64,000 bases of DNA from Octopus vulgaris (lineage: Eukaryota): positions 29,822,001-29,886,000 of the forward strand of contig OX597822.1 of NCBI GenBank assembly GCA_951406725.2. Reading direction: 5' to 3'. Positions 27,893 to 40,489 of the stretch are shown here, piece by piece (positions within the stretch are counted from its first letter, which is position 1; the number at the start of each line of letters is the position of its first letter). The notes beneath the pieces were generated by a model. The model was given only the letters and a program-made list of their open reading frames with translations. It was not told the origin of the DNA and did not search any database. Made by a program: the position numbers and the translations under genes.

Positions 27893-28083
27893 CATGATAG
27901 ATCGCTAGCCACTACACATTCTTTATTTTCTCTCCTTGTTTCTTTCTGTGTTCCTTTCTGTGGAAGAGCGTAGGCTCGAAATGTTAAAGAGTTTTTCACT
28001 TCTCAAGCGTTATACTAATACATCTGTTTGTTGTCTACACCACCTGTCTTCGTCTTTTGTTTTTTTTTGTGAATTTTCCTCCT
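27893..28083 (+). mobile_element. Short repeat with a hammerhead-like motif (variant core CTGTGGA); second copy at 57825-58020
   Basis: cttt-CTGTGGA-a-gagc gtag gctc-GAAAtGTT-aaag; about 190 bp shared with 57825-58020; flanked by microsatellites. Confidence 0.5.
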
Positions 28084-28155
28084 ATATACATGCATACATA
28101 CATATATTTCATAACTTCTCTATAATAACTACTACCTAAACATTTTCTCGCAACT

Positions 28156-28201
28156 TCTCTGATGAAGGGATATATAAAATATCCCAGAAACAACTGTAAG
28201 A
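28156..28201 (+). ncRNA. Minimal hammerhead ribozyme motif in a Penelope-like 3' fragment (about 28090-28270)
   Basis: tct-CTGATGA-a-gggatat(ataaa)atatccc-a-GAAA-caact-GTA-aga; core intact. Confidence 0.65.
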
Positions 28202-28270
28202 CCTTCTCTTTATAAATGTTCTGAAAACTATTCACAGCCTTGTATTTATTATCTCATTCTGTTAATTTTC

Positions 28271-28303
<33 letters not shown>

Positions 28304-28429
28304 TATATACATATATACATACACACGTGTGTATGTGCGTCTAAGTATATATGTATATAACTATATGTATATGTATGTATATATGCATTATTTAGGCATG
28401 CATGCATGTATGTATGGCTATGTTGGGGC

Positions 28430-28785
28430 AACAATAATTTTAGTCGATCGAATTGTCTAAAGAACTTCAAGCTTTGTACTTATCTATCGATCTTTTTTGC
28501 CGATTGTCAAGCGGTGGAGATGGGGTGATAAACACAGACACAAAGAAACACACACACACACACACAGAAACACACACACACACACACACACAGAGAAACA
28601 CACACACATACACACACATACATGAAGGGCTTTTTTCAGTTTTCGTGTCGCAAACCCACCCACAAGACTTTGTCATCTTGGGGCTATAGTAGAAGATACT
28701 GGATCAAGATACCACGCAGTGGGACTGGACCAAGAACCATGTAGTTAGGAAGCAATCTTCTTACCACACAGCCACGTCTGCGCCT
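28430..28785 (-). mobile_element. SINE family A, diverged
   Basis: Head ...accacacagccacgtctgcgcc on the plus strand. Confidence 0.7.
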
Positions 28786-29792
28786 AGTTGTTTAATGTTT
28801 GATAAAATAATGTTGATGTTGTATTAGAAAAACATGCTCTGCCTACAGAAGACGCTTGTTAAACCTTCTAGAATGTCCCGTTTTAGTGCGTATCTCTCGT
28901 AGTAATACAGAACTTTTATTTCTACGAAACTAACCACACTTTTTCAGAGTGATGTCTTTGAGAAAGGAAAGATTGTGATAAATTCATCAATGTGTGCCAA
29001 TAAGGATAGCAAAAAGGAGAATCGGTTGAACTGAGGGGTGTAATTGCATGTAAAACATAGTATGTAGCTTGAGGTTTTTGAGTTCACAAATCTTAGGGGA
29101 TTTGTGAATGGCTAAAATATATTGAACTGTAGATCGAACACAGTTCTTAACAAAACGATTTTGTGATATGATTTTTATGTGATTTATTTGAATTTACCTT
29201 CATTGCTCAACTAATAATTTATGGAAACTTTATTCTCTTCGCTCCCTATTAATTTATAACATAACGTTGATAAGTCTTAAATCATATTTAACATTGTTAA
29301 CTTCTAAATTTAGCCTAACCTGTATCGTGTTTTGTATTTCTATCAAACTGCAGTTTTTGTTAATATAATAAATGCATACGCACATAGGTAGACACATACG
29401 CACGTATATATTCACATAAAATATACGTATACACGACAGCAATTTACTCAGACAAACCTAGATACAGGACGACAAAGTTGATATGTTAACAGTAAGATGT
29501 TTGGCGCCACAAAACTAAAAATAATACCTTTGATATCTGTAAGCATGGCTAAATAAATTCTATTTATAATTTTTAAATATGTTGCAGAGCATTGGTACGT
29601 ACAACTTTTCGTGAGTATTATTAATAAACCATGAATTGGAGGCGACAATAGAGTGACGTCGTTCCTGTTTTACAACGCTCTACCTTTTCATAGCACGGAG
29701 TTCAAAATGCCTTTATCTATTATCTATTGTAAGCTCATGATCTAAGTATCCGGTATAATATCCAGTAGATTTCGTTGTAGTCAATATATTTT

Positions 29793-30177
29793 TGGAAGCA
29801 CTCCGTCGGTTACGACGATGAGGGTTCCGGTTGATCCGACCAACGGAACAGCCTGCTCGTGAAATTAACGTGTAAGTGGCTGAGCACTCCACAGACACGT
29901 GTACCCTTAACGCAGTTCTCGGGGATATTCAGCGTGACACAGAGAGTGACAAGGCCGGCCCTTTGAAATACAGGTACAACAGAAACAGGAAGAAAGAGTG
30001 AGAGAAAGTTGTGGTGAAAGAGTAGAGCAGGGATCACCACCATCCCCTGCCGGAGTCTCGTGGAACTTTATGGTGTTTTCGCTCAATAAACACTCACAAC
30101 GCCCGGTCTGGGAATCGAAACCGCGATCCTACGACCGCGAGTCCGCTGCCCTAACCACTGGGCCATTGCGCCTCCAC
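29793..30177 (-). mobile_element. tRNA-derived SINE, head B plus tail b
   Basis: gtggaggcgcaaTGGCCCAGTGGttaggg..GGTTTCGATTCCC head; TSD agtcaatat. Confidence 0.9.
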
Positions 30178-30299
30178 AGTCAATATGTATGACGACCAAG
30201 AAGAATGAAACTGTCTGTGTTTAGGACACAACCCTAGAAATCAAACTTATTGTTACCTTGTGTTGCCTTATAGTGGTTGCCGGATCAGACTCTCACCGG

Positions 30300-30640
30300 G
30301 TTTACTCAATACCAGTAATATGCTGGAGTTTAATTCGGTCGATTAGACTATCTTCTTCAGCAATTAGCTTAGTCATTGAGGCAGAGATTTTTATGTAGGA
30401 TAGAGGGATATTGAAATGCTCTTGATCGAAGGGGAACAAAGACAGTTCCAGCGTATTCCAAGCAATGTTGGATTTTACAATCAATGTAAAGCCTGCTCAA
30501 GAGGTAATGCTTATATAGTCAGAGTTTTCGATTTTCTCCAGCAGTTAAACTTGGAGTTTGGGGGCAGATTGTTAGGGGTTGCTTATGCCTGTGCTTGGTT
30601 GAAACAGGGTCTACGTTTTTCTAAAAATGGAGATCCATAT
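30300..30640 (-). mobile_element. Highly decayed LINE (CR1/L2-like) fragment
   Basis: Minus frame LSRLYIDCKIQHCLEYAGTVFVP resembles the LY...VRP.LEY...W.P motif. Confidence 0.35.
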
Positions 30641-30646
30641 CTTATG

Positions 30647-30755
<109 letters not shown>

Positions 30756-30856
30756 TAATAATAATAAATGGTAAAATTAATTAATTAAGAAGTAATCAGT
30801 AATTTCACCAAGTAGAATTCGGCATGAAAAAGACCATTTCATGGTAAGCTTAAGTA

Positions 30857-31152
30857 ATACTTTATAATCAGGGTTCAGCAAAGATTTGCTTCACCACATA
30901 CCGAAGTTTAGAAATAGCAGTCAAAAAATCTTAGCTATTCCTTCTACTTTAAAAGGGATTCCCAGAAAAACCTAATAGGTAACCTAATATCGATTGATTT
31001 TCGTTATTTTACCCTTTTGCCTGCGTGGATTGTGTTCAAGTACTTTGGTTTTTCTGGGAGTCCCTTTTAAAGTAGCTAAGATTTTTTGACTGCTATTTCT
31101 AAACTTCGGTATGTGGTGAAGCAAATCTTTGCTGAACCCTGATTATAAAGTA
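30857..31152. repeat. Inverted repeat (arms about 105-115 bp, spacer about 75 bp)
   Basis: tactttataatcagggttcagcaaagatttgcttcaccacataccgaag... and its reverse complement ending at about 31152; related fragment at 8635-8755. Confidence 0.85.
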
Positions 31153-31255
31153 TATATATATATACATGCACATACATACATGTCTCTCTATATTAATGTC
31201 TATGTGTGTAAGTGTATAATACATATATGTATATATATAATATATACATACTATA

Positions 31256-31676
31256 GGCGCAGGAATGGCTGTGTGGTAAGTAGCTTGCTAACCAACCACA
31301 TGGTTCCGGGTTCAGTCCCACTGCGTGGCATCTTGGGCAAGCGTCTTCTGCTATAGCCCCGGGCCGACCAATGCCTTGTGAGTGGATTTGGTAGACGGAA
31401 ACTGAAAGAAGCCTGTCGTATATATGTATATATATATGTGTATGTGTGTGTGTTTGTATGTCTGTGTTTGTCCCCCTAGCATTGCTTGATAATCGATGCT
31501 GGTGTGTTTACGTCCCCGTAACTTAGCGGTTCGGCAAAAGAGACCGATAGAATAAGTACTGGGCTTACAAAGAATAAGTCCCGGGGTCGATTTGCTCGAC
31601 TAAAGGCGGTGCTCCAGCATGGCCGCAGTCAAATGACTGAAACAAGTAAAATAAAAAAAAAATAAAATAAAAAAAA
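31256..31676 (+). mobile_element. SINE family A, full length
   Basis: ggcgcaggaatggctgtgtgg ... gactgaaacaagtaaaa. Confidence 0.9.
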
Positions 31677-32273
31677 TATTATATAACACACACACATATG
31701 TGCAGTAACCTTAGAGCTTTTGGTAAAAATGTCTAATAGGCCATTTAATCATATTTCCTTGTGACATGAATTCAAATCTCATCCACATCGACTCTGCCTT
31801 TCATACTTACGGACTCGATAAAATAACGACTGCGTAATGTAATCTGGGACAAACTATACGAGAATAGATGGAATAGCCATGGCAGGAATGCATTTGCTTG
31901 TGGTAGTGTCGGTGGTGCAATGTTCTTATTAATTTTTTGAAGGCTCTATGCGCGACAATCTTATATAGTGCAATTTTCTGTCTTTTACACAAAATTATGA
32001 GTGTGCTGAATGTGGAAAAATTGCAATTATTAATTATTGCTTTATTTTACGTTACTACCATTTTGAACAGATATTAATATTTTTGTCCGCACGATAATCT
32101 CTTTTGTGCGCTGGTTGCGAAAAGAGTGTACGCGGGCAAATGAGCACAGCATAGACAGAACAGTGTTGATGGTAGTAACTTTAGAGAGGGAGGACATAAT
32201 GCAGAGAAGGAAAGAGAGAAAGAGTGAGAAAGAAATGGAAATGAGACCGAAGAAAAAGGGTGAGGAAGTCGCC

Positions 32274-32319
<46 letters not shown>

Positions 32320-32482
32320 AAGGGTGGAAGAGAGACGTAGATAGACGGAGAGAGAGTAAGAAGGATGCATGTCTCTCTTTTATAAGAAAACTGAAGGTTA
32401 AACGACTTCAGCTGTACTTTTAACAGTGTCAACGATTTTGGAGATGTATCAGGCATCTCTACTGAAAAATGCTAACCTAGCA

Positions 32483-32535
<53 letters not shown>

Positions 32536-32894
32536 ACACACACACACAAAGAGACACAGACACACACGCATACTGATGCAAAAACTAAATGTAGAGGGAC
32601 AATAGCAAGTGACTGTTGAGATATTAATTATAGCCTATGGTTAGAGATACAAGTGAGTAGGCAATCTTTTGTATGTGAAAGTTAGACAAATTATTTATAT
32701 CATTTATTTTTATTTAGCAGATCAAATGATGTCCAGTAACTCCTGTTTAATTCTATTCTCTCAACCCCAGTCCTCGCTGAAATCCATTCAAGCATGATTT
32801 TGAAACCTAATTTTTCTCCCTTTTTGTTAGTAAAAGATAATTACCAACAAACTTATTGACACTGTCACGCTGTCTTCCCACTATAGCGTTAATA

Positions 32895-33460
32895 TTGGGT
32901 TGTCCGGAAAGTTCGTGCCAATTTTTAAAGAAAAGAAAAAGGTCAATAAATACGTGCCATTACATTTTTAATCAATCAAATATGAACCATGTTGTTGCAC
33001 AATGCGTCTCCATCTTCTCTTTAACTTGAAAATACCATCTTCCCAGAATTGAGGTGGTTTCAAGGCAAAGAATTCATCAAGGTATCTTTTTACGTCATCC
33101 AAGGAATTGAAATTTTTACCATTAAGACTATTCTGCAGAGATCTGAATAAGTGGAAATCCGAAGGAGCAATATCTGGTGAATATACAGGGTGGGGTAACA
33201 CATCCCAGCCGAGCTGCAGCAATTTTTGCCTGGTTCCCAAAGCATCAAGTGCCGAAAATGAACTTTCTTATCTTCCATTTTAAAGGGTTACAGAATTAAC
33301 ACAGGTTATAGGAACATAAACCTTCTCCCACGAAAAGATAGCTTGAACTGTGCTCTAAAAGGGGGTGTAGTCAAATTCTATTTCATGAACTCAACCATGT
33401 TCTAAAATAAGTCGAAATGTAAGCTACTATAAATCGGCACGAACTTTCCGGACAACCCAA
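32895..33460 (-). mobile_element. Internally deleted mariner element with both TIRs and TA target duplication
   Basis: TA|ttgggttgtccggaaagttcgtgcc ... ggcacgaactttccggacaacccaa|TA; MEDKKVHFRH start joined to the C-terminal HPVYSPDIAPSDFHLF motif. Confidence 0.93.
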
Positions 33461-34214
33461 TAGTTCAAACGTCATCTCTACCAGATTCCCGGTAAAATGG
33501 CAATAAACAACGCACACAGAAAAAGAAGACTCGCTGATTCTGTCCATTAGTTTTCCTGCAGACTCTTGAGCTGCATCTCTAGCAATTTATATTTTTGCTC
33601 GGAGGCCCAAGTGGCGGGTAAAGTTAGACACATGGGCCCAGTTCTATGAAGTTTAACGAACCCGTTGTATTTCTTGAGATGTTCTATGTAGCTCACTTTG
33701 TAATACTGTTTTTGTTTGGGTAGGAGCAAAACAATCTTTCTTCGTGATCAGCGTCGCCTCTTGGAGCGTGGGTGTTTCTTGTGGGTCCTTCCTATTGTAA
33801 GTGGATTTAAAATGGCCGAATGAATAAGATAAACATTTTGCAACCAAGAAGTTTCGAGTTTGATCCCACTACGCGGCATCTTAGGCAAGTGTCTTTTACT
33901 ATAGCTTCGGGTCAGCCCAAGTTTTGTGATAGACGGAAATTGTGCAGAAGCCCGTCGGATGGATTGTATTTGTGATTCAAAGATCCAACATTATCACGCA
34001 TCGTGTCATGCAAGTTCTGTTAAGAATTGCGTTAAGAAATGTGTTAAGGGTACACCTGATCGTGGAATGCTCAGCCACCAAGGGCTAATTCACCAAGCAA
34101 GTAAGTCAGTTAATCAAAAGGTAGAATCTTCATCGTCGAACTAACGGAGATCCATTATTGTTTCTCACTCACATAGAAAAAAACCCCAGCAATGTTAAGT
34201 GAATGTTTACTTAC

Positions 34215-34309
34215 CGATCCAATATTCGTCATGTCCTTTTTTCTTGACTGCTTCTGATATGTCCATATTTGTCCAGTAATCATCTATCATCACCAAATTG
34301 GAATGGAGC
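34215..34309 (-). CDS. uif: Exon: C-type lectin middle part (LHSNLVMIDDYWTNMDISEAVKKKGHDEYWIG)
   Basis: Acceptor gttgtag and donor gtaagt; 95 nt, phase 2-1; L..I and WIG motifs. Confidence 0.9.
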
Positions 34310-34424
34310 CTACAACATTGAAGAAATGCATGGAAATAATACTCATAATTACAACAAATTTCAGATTCAGAAATACACATACATACATACAAATAGACAG
34401 ACAGACAGACAGATAGACAGACAG

Positions 34425-34655
34425 ATACCTCATATAAGGATTTGGGACAGAGAAGAGAAACAGATAGAGAAGTGTACAGTTGTGGAAATCAGCTGCCAAG
34501 TGGATGTTAACATAAAGCTGAAGATGAATAAAAAAGAGAATACCTACGTTGAACTATTGAGAAATGTGCAGTTACTCTATCCAGATTACAAGTTACGGTT
34601 TATACTTGTAATGATTGGGGCCCTGGGATATGTATCACGCCGTCTAAATACCAAA
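34425..34655 (+). mobile_element. Non-LTR retrotransposon restriction-like endonuclease fragment
   Basis: PHIRIWD...CTVVEISC..D....K...Y..L....IGALG in ORF 34269-34742. Confidence 0.65.
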
Positions 34656-35420
34656 CGACTGAAGTGTGTTTTTGAAAAAATAAGAGATTACAGTTTCACA
34701 ATGAGTGAGGAGAAATGTGAGTTTTTTTTGCCTAAAATTTAGGACAAATTATTGATAGAAATGGAAGATGACCGGACCCGTCGAATGGAGACGCAATTAA
34801 AATATGCCTCCTCCGATAATATAACGACCTTACAAACTTTTCTAGGTCTAGCGAATTATTATCAAAATTACATACCAAACATGTATAATTTGAGAGCTCT
34901 ACTAAATAATTTGTTAAAAAAGATGTGATGTCGAATTTGGTCAAATAATTGTCAAAAGGCGTTTGACGGTATTAGAAAATATTAATACTGGATTTGTCGC
35001 AGGCTCATTTCGATCTTGCAGTGGAGATTGTTGTAACTTCTGATGCTTCTGAATACAGCTTAGGCATAGTAATGCTACACAAATATAAAGACGGGAATAT
35101 GAAGGCAGTGGTTCATGCCTCACGTTCTCTGATAGCAGCAGAAAAAAAACTATAGTCAAATAGAGAAAGAAGCTCTTGCGATTATTTTTGTGAAGAAATT
35201 TCACAGATTTTTGTACGGTAAAATGTTTAGGCTACAAACTAATCACCGACCATTATTATCAATTTTTGAGTCGAAGAGAGGAATTCCTACTCATACTGCA
35301 AATAGATTGCAGCGTTGGCGTACGATATTGTTGAAGTTGTTTAAGATGGAGAACAGTTCCTCTAAGAAAATTGGCCATGCGGGTTGTTTATCTAGGCGTA
35401 TTCCGAAGAATGCCACTCCT
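34655..35420 (+). mobile_element. Ty3/Gypsy LTR retrotransposon pol fragment (end of RT plus RNase H), frameshifted
   Basis: KCEFF, FLGLANYY, SDAS, HASRSL..AEKNYSQIEKEALAII, KKFHRFLYG..F.LQTNHRPL, ANRLQRW. Confidence 0.88.
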
Positions 35421-35745
35421 TCGCCTATGTAATGAACTTCGTTAGTTTACAGCTGCTTCTTCTATAAGATGTGTTGTTAGTCGCCCCACAGTTCTTGACT
35501 ACCGGTGCTGGTTTACATTCCCTGAAACCTAGCGCTTCTGAATAAGAGCCAGGCTTAAAAAATAAATACTGGGGGCGATTTGTTTGACTAAACTTTTCAA
35601 AGTGGTGCCCCGCCATCATTGCAGTCCAGTAATTCAAACAAGCAAAAGATAATTCATCCAACTGAAACAAACAATATATTAATTTGGGAGACATTTTGAT
35701 TTAGTGACAATAGATATATATGGCTACTATTAACGTCTATGTTAC

Positions 35746-35827
35746 CTTTTACATGAGTCATCAGCCAAATCCCATGGCATTTGCTTTTCAACGATATGGT
35801 AACACATATATCCAATGTTGAACCATT
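35746..35827 (-). CDS. uif: Exon: C-type lectin N-terminal part (KWFNIGYMCYHIVEKQMPWDLADDSCKR)
   Basis: Acceptor ctattttcag and donor gtaaca; 82 nt, phase 1-2; W......CY........W..A...C motif. Confidence 0.9.
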
Positions 35828-36332
35828 CTGAAAATAGAGACAAAGAATGAAATACATTAAAATCTTGGATTGTAAATGCTGCGGAATTTTTTATAGAGGC
35901 AAAATGGCTCACTGTTTTTAAAACAGAAATAAATTGAAGGCATATTATTTCGTCTGTATAGAATGAGTAGAAGTATAGAATGGGAAGGAGAAGTTCAGAG
36001 GACTATTACCTACAACTGAAGAGCATTTTATCTAAATGGAGTTTCATCTATCATCCGCTTAGTATCTATCATATGGGTCCATCGAGGAGCACCTACGCAG
36101 TCGTTCGACATGCTAGGAATAGCAATCAATATTATACAACAGCAGACTAACACACACACATACACACGCATGTATGTATGTATGTATGTATGTATGTATG
36201 TATGTATGTATGTATGTATGTATGCATGCATGTATGTATGTATGTATGCATGCATGTATGTATTTATGCATGCATGCATGTATGTATGTATGCATGCATG
36301 TATGTATGCATGTATGTGTGTATGTATGTATA

Positions 36333-36374
<42 letters not shown>

Positions 36375-36377
<3 letters not shown>

Positions 36378-36755
36378 TAATATATAAAAGTGAAGTTGTG
36401 TGTCTGTCTCCTACGATTTAGATTCCTAACTACTCCCACATTTTGCGGTGCAGTTTAACCAAAACCGGGTATCTTATAGTCGTGATTCATATCGAGCCCT
36501 TCTGGGTATTAGCGCGCGTCTACGATGAGTCTACGATTTAAAAAAAAAAATTACCATAATTTTTTCATTTTAATGCATTGTTTCGCTATTATATAAGGGA
36601 AGTAACTCTCTAAAAATGTCTACGAGTCAACGATTTAAAAAAAAAAGTTACCAGAATTTTTTTCCATTTTTAATGCATTTTTTGCTATTTTTTGGCTATA
36701 ACTCTCTAAAAATGCTTATATAGTTATTTCCCTTACAAACCCGAGCAACGCCGGG

Positions 36756-36756
<1 letters not shown>
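36375..36756 (+). mobile_element. Non-autonomous Helitron, same family, terminal CTAG replaced by (TA)n
   Basis: Near-identical to the reverse complement of 44647-45032; 5' TC and 3' hairpin present. Confidence 0.82.
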
Positions 36757-36798
<42 letters not shown>

Positions 36799-36808
36799 TA
36801 CATACACA

Positions 36809-37069
36809 TTCTTTTTTTATTCTTTTTACTTGTTTCAGTCATTTGATTGCGGCCATAGTGGGTCACTGCCTTTAGACATCAAATCGATCGCAGAACTTAT
36901 TCTTTGTAAGCCTTGTACTTATTCTATCGGTCACTTTTTGCTGGACCGCTAAGTTACGGGGACTTAAAAACACCACTATCGGTTGTCAAGCGATGTTGGG
37001 GGAACGAACACAGACACACAAACATACACACACGCATACATACATACATACATACATACATACATACAT

Positions 37070-37122
<53 letters not shown>

Positions 37123-37289
37123 CACACGACAGGCTTCTTTCGGTTTCCGTCTACCAAATCCACTCACAAGGCTTTGGTCGGCCCGAGGCTATAGTAGAAG
37201 CCACTTGCCCAAGTTTCCACACAGTGGGACTGAACCCGGAACCATGTGTCTGGTAAGCAAGCAACTTACCACACAACCACTTCTGCGCC
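36809..37289 (-). mobile_element. SINE family A
   Basis: Same modules, with an internal (CATA)n(CA)n tract. Confidence 0.85.
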
Positions 37290-38151
37290 TATACACAAAT
37301 ATATTTTAGGGTTTATCGTTCTTAATTGTTTGTTATTAGACTGCGGTCATGCTGGGGCATCGTCTTGAAGAGTTTGGTCGAACAAATCGGCCTCAATACA
37401 TTTGTTCTTTTTTTTTAAAGTCTGGTACTTATTCTATCTTTCTGTTTCTGTGGAATTGCCAAGTAGGGTGAGGTAAACAAACGCACACACACATAAGCAC
37501 AAGCACACTCATACACACATACACATACAAACGCACAAACACACATACACACACAAACACACACAACATACACACCCACAAACACAAACACAGACAGATG
37601 CACACATACGAACACCTACTGACACACACACACACACACACACACACGTATATCTATATCAGACGGTTTTCTATCAATGTGTGTATCTGTAGATTTGTGT
37701 TTGATATTTTCAATTCAAACTAAATAGACTGATCTCGCAGACTTGAACTCTAGCAGCTATGTTGCAAATTTCAGTAGTAGGGTTGTTGTGTATTTCAACC
37801 GTTTAATCAATGCATATTTTTTTATTAATACGTCAGCTAACCCTATTAAAACTCTCTGAAGCACATACTCAAATGTTATGCTGCTTGTCGATGATGTCAT
37901 TATGTAATATCTTTTTAGCACAGTAATAATTAAAACTAATAAACATGGTTAAAAATAGGAAAAGATCATTATATGGGCATTTCATTTCACTGATCACCTG
38001 TCACGAATGTAGACAGAACACAAATACGCTAACCTTAATTTAGTTAAGAATAGAAAAGATTGAGATTTTCGATTCGTTGAACATAACCAATACATGTATG
38101 AGGGTTTAGGAGTGTATTTATATTTGCATACCTAATATATGTGTCGGAATG

Positions 38152-38213
<62 letters not shown>

Positions 38214-38271
38214 TACATGCACATAGACACACACATATAATATATAAGCGCAGGTTTGGCTGTGTGGCATG

Positions 38272-38429
38272 GGCGCAGGAGTGGCTGTATGGTAAGTAGT
38301 TTGCTTACGAACCACATGGTTTCGGGTTCAGTCTCATTGCGTGACACCATGGGCAAGTGTCTTCGATTATAGCCTCGGGCCAAAGCCGTGTGAGTGAATT
38401 TGGTAGATGGAAACTGAAAGAAGCCCATC

Positions 38430-38481
<52 letters not shown>

Positions 38482-38695
38482 ATGCGTGTGTGTGTTTGTG
38501 TGTCTGTGTTCGTCCCCACAACATTGCTTGACAACCAATGCTGGGGTGTTTACGTCCCCATAACTTAGCGATTCGGGAAAAGAGTCCGATAGAATAAGTA
38601 CTAGGCTTACAAAGAATAAGTCCTGCGGTCGATTTGCTGGACTAAAGGCGGTGCTCCAGCATGGCTGCAGTCAAATGACTGAAACAAATAAAAGA
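38272..38695 (+). mobile_element. SINE family A
   Basis: Same modules as other family A copies. Confidence 0.87.
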
Positions 38696-38712
38696 ATATA
38701 CATACATACATG

Positions 38713-38833
<121 letters not shown>

Positions 38834-39739
38834 GAGATAGAAACACCCATAACTTCCACTACAAACGATATTAACTCAACCAAGCCATAAAATGTTAAAT
38901 AATAACCCGGATGCGAAATTCGTAGCTCATAGTCTCACTTGCATTATACACAAATAAATAACACATTTTACAGTTCACAATATTCTCTACTTCTTTTAAA
39001 TTTAATTGTTCAAGATGACGCAACAAGTTTGTTTTGGCGTATGACTGAGTTCGTGGAAATCCCAGTGACTTTACAATTAAAAGGGGAATTATAAAGAGCT
39101 CTGTACACAAAAGACCTGTTTATCAATTTTCAGATCATATTTAAGTTACTCTGTAATGGAATGTCTTTATAAGTCTTAGTGGGACAAAACACCAGGTCTC
39201 TGCCGATATATCCTATATTACAGACCATCATTAAGTTGAAAATGTTGCATAATATGGATTCATATCCAGCAACTGAACATTTTCAAGTAAAGGATTTAGT
39301 TTTAATTGGCAGACATGTTTCCCCAAGAAAAACTTAAACCAAGCATAATTCAAACAGATAAGTTCCATTATTTCTTATAACTCTTGAGATAAGGAAGTAT
39401 CTTTCCTACGGTATCCATTTAGTTGCTGTCGATAAAAGTGATACCTCCTCGAATATAAAGATTCCGGGAGAGTCAACTCTCCCCTCTTGGAAGCATGGAC
39501 ATTTGTAGTATTTAAGTGATAAAATGGCGCCATTTGCATTTGTAGGTAAATTGCGCTGTTTTTTCTCTTATATTCGCCGCCCTCCTGTGGATTGTACTGA
39601 GTTTGATTAAAAAATATTACGACCTTCAACAGAATAAACTGAGATCCACAGTGTAAAAAAGTTGAATTTCCATTTTAAAGCAATTAATCAAGTCAATAAT
39701 TTAATAACAATAACAGCACTTATAGTTCTATACAGGTAT

Positions 39740-40129
39740 GTGGAGGCACAATGGCCCAGTGGTTAGGGCAGCGGACTCGCGGTCATAGGATCGCGGTTTC
39801 GATTACCAGACCGGGCGTTGTGAGTGTTTATTGAGCGAAAACACCTAAAGCTCCACGAGGCTCCGGCAGGGGATGGTGGTGATCCCTGCTGTACTCTTTC
39901 ACCACAACTTTCTCTCACTCTTACTTCCTGTTTCTGTTGTACCTGTATTTCAAGGGGCCGGCCTTGTCACTCTCTGTGTCACGCTGAATATCCCCGAGAA
40001 CTACGTTAAGGGTACACGTGCCTGTGGAGTGCTCAGCCACTTACACGTTAATTTCACGAGCAGGCTGCTCCGTTGATTCGGATCAACCGGAACCCTCATC
40101 GTCGCAACCGACGGAGTGCTTCCATTCCA
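39740..40129 (+). mobile_element. SINE head B plus tail b
   Basis: TSD ta(c/a)aggtatg. Confidence 0.9.
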
Positions 40130-40251
40130 TAAAGGTATGCAAATTTGAATATCAAAATGTACCTCTATTTTGTACGTGATTCTTTTAGTTCTATGAAGCA
40201 ATACGTAATCTTTCCAAGAAATAATGATGAACATGGTATTGGGATGGAGGC

Positions 40252-40489
40252 GAGGCGGCGAGCTGGCAGAATCGTTAGCACGCCGGGCGAAATGCTTTGC
40301 GTTATTTCGTCTGCCGCTACGTTGTGAGTTCAAATTCCGCCGTGGTCGACTTTGCCTTTCATCCTTTCGGGGTCGATTAAATAAGTACCAGTTACGCACT
40401 GGGGTCGATATAATCGACTTAATCCGTTTGTCTGTCTTTGTTTGTCCTCTCTGTGTTTAGCCCCTTGTGGGTAGTAAAGAAATAGGTAT
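40252..40489 (+). mobile_element. SINE family C
   Basis: 17-bp TSD ggtattg(g/a)gatggaggc. Older copies at about 5160-5595, 19140-19520, 41220-41580, 54596-55030, 61500-61640 and 63180-63305. Confidence 0.9.

Noticed and set aside
38895-39629. Non-repetitive minus-strand ORFs as a possible viral or transposase relic
   Set aside because: I found no recognisable motif in the frames I read, and they do not join.
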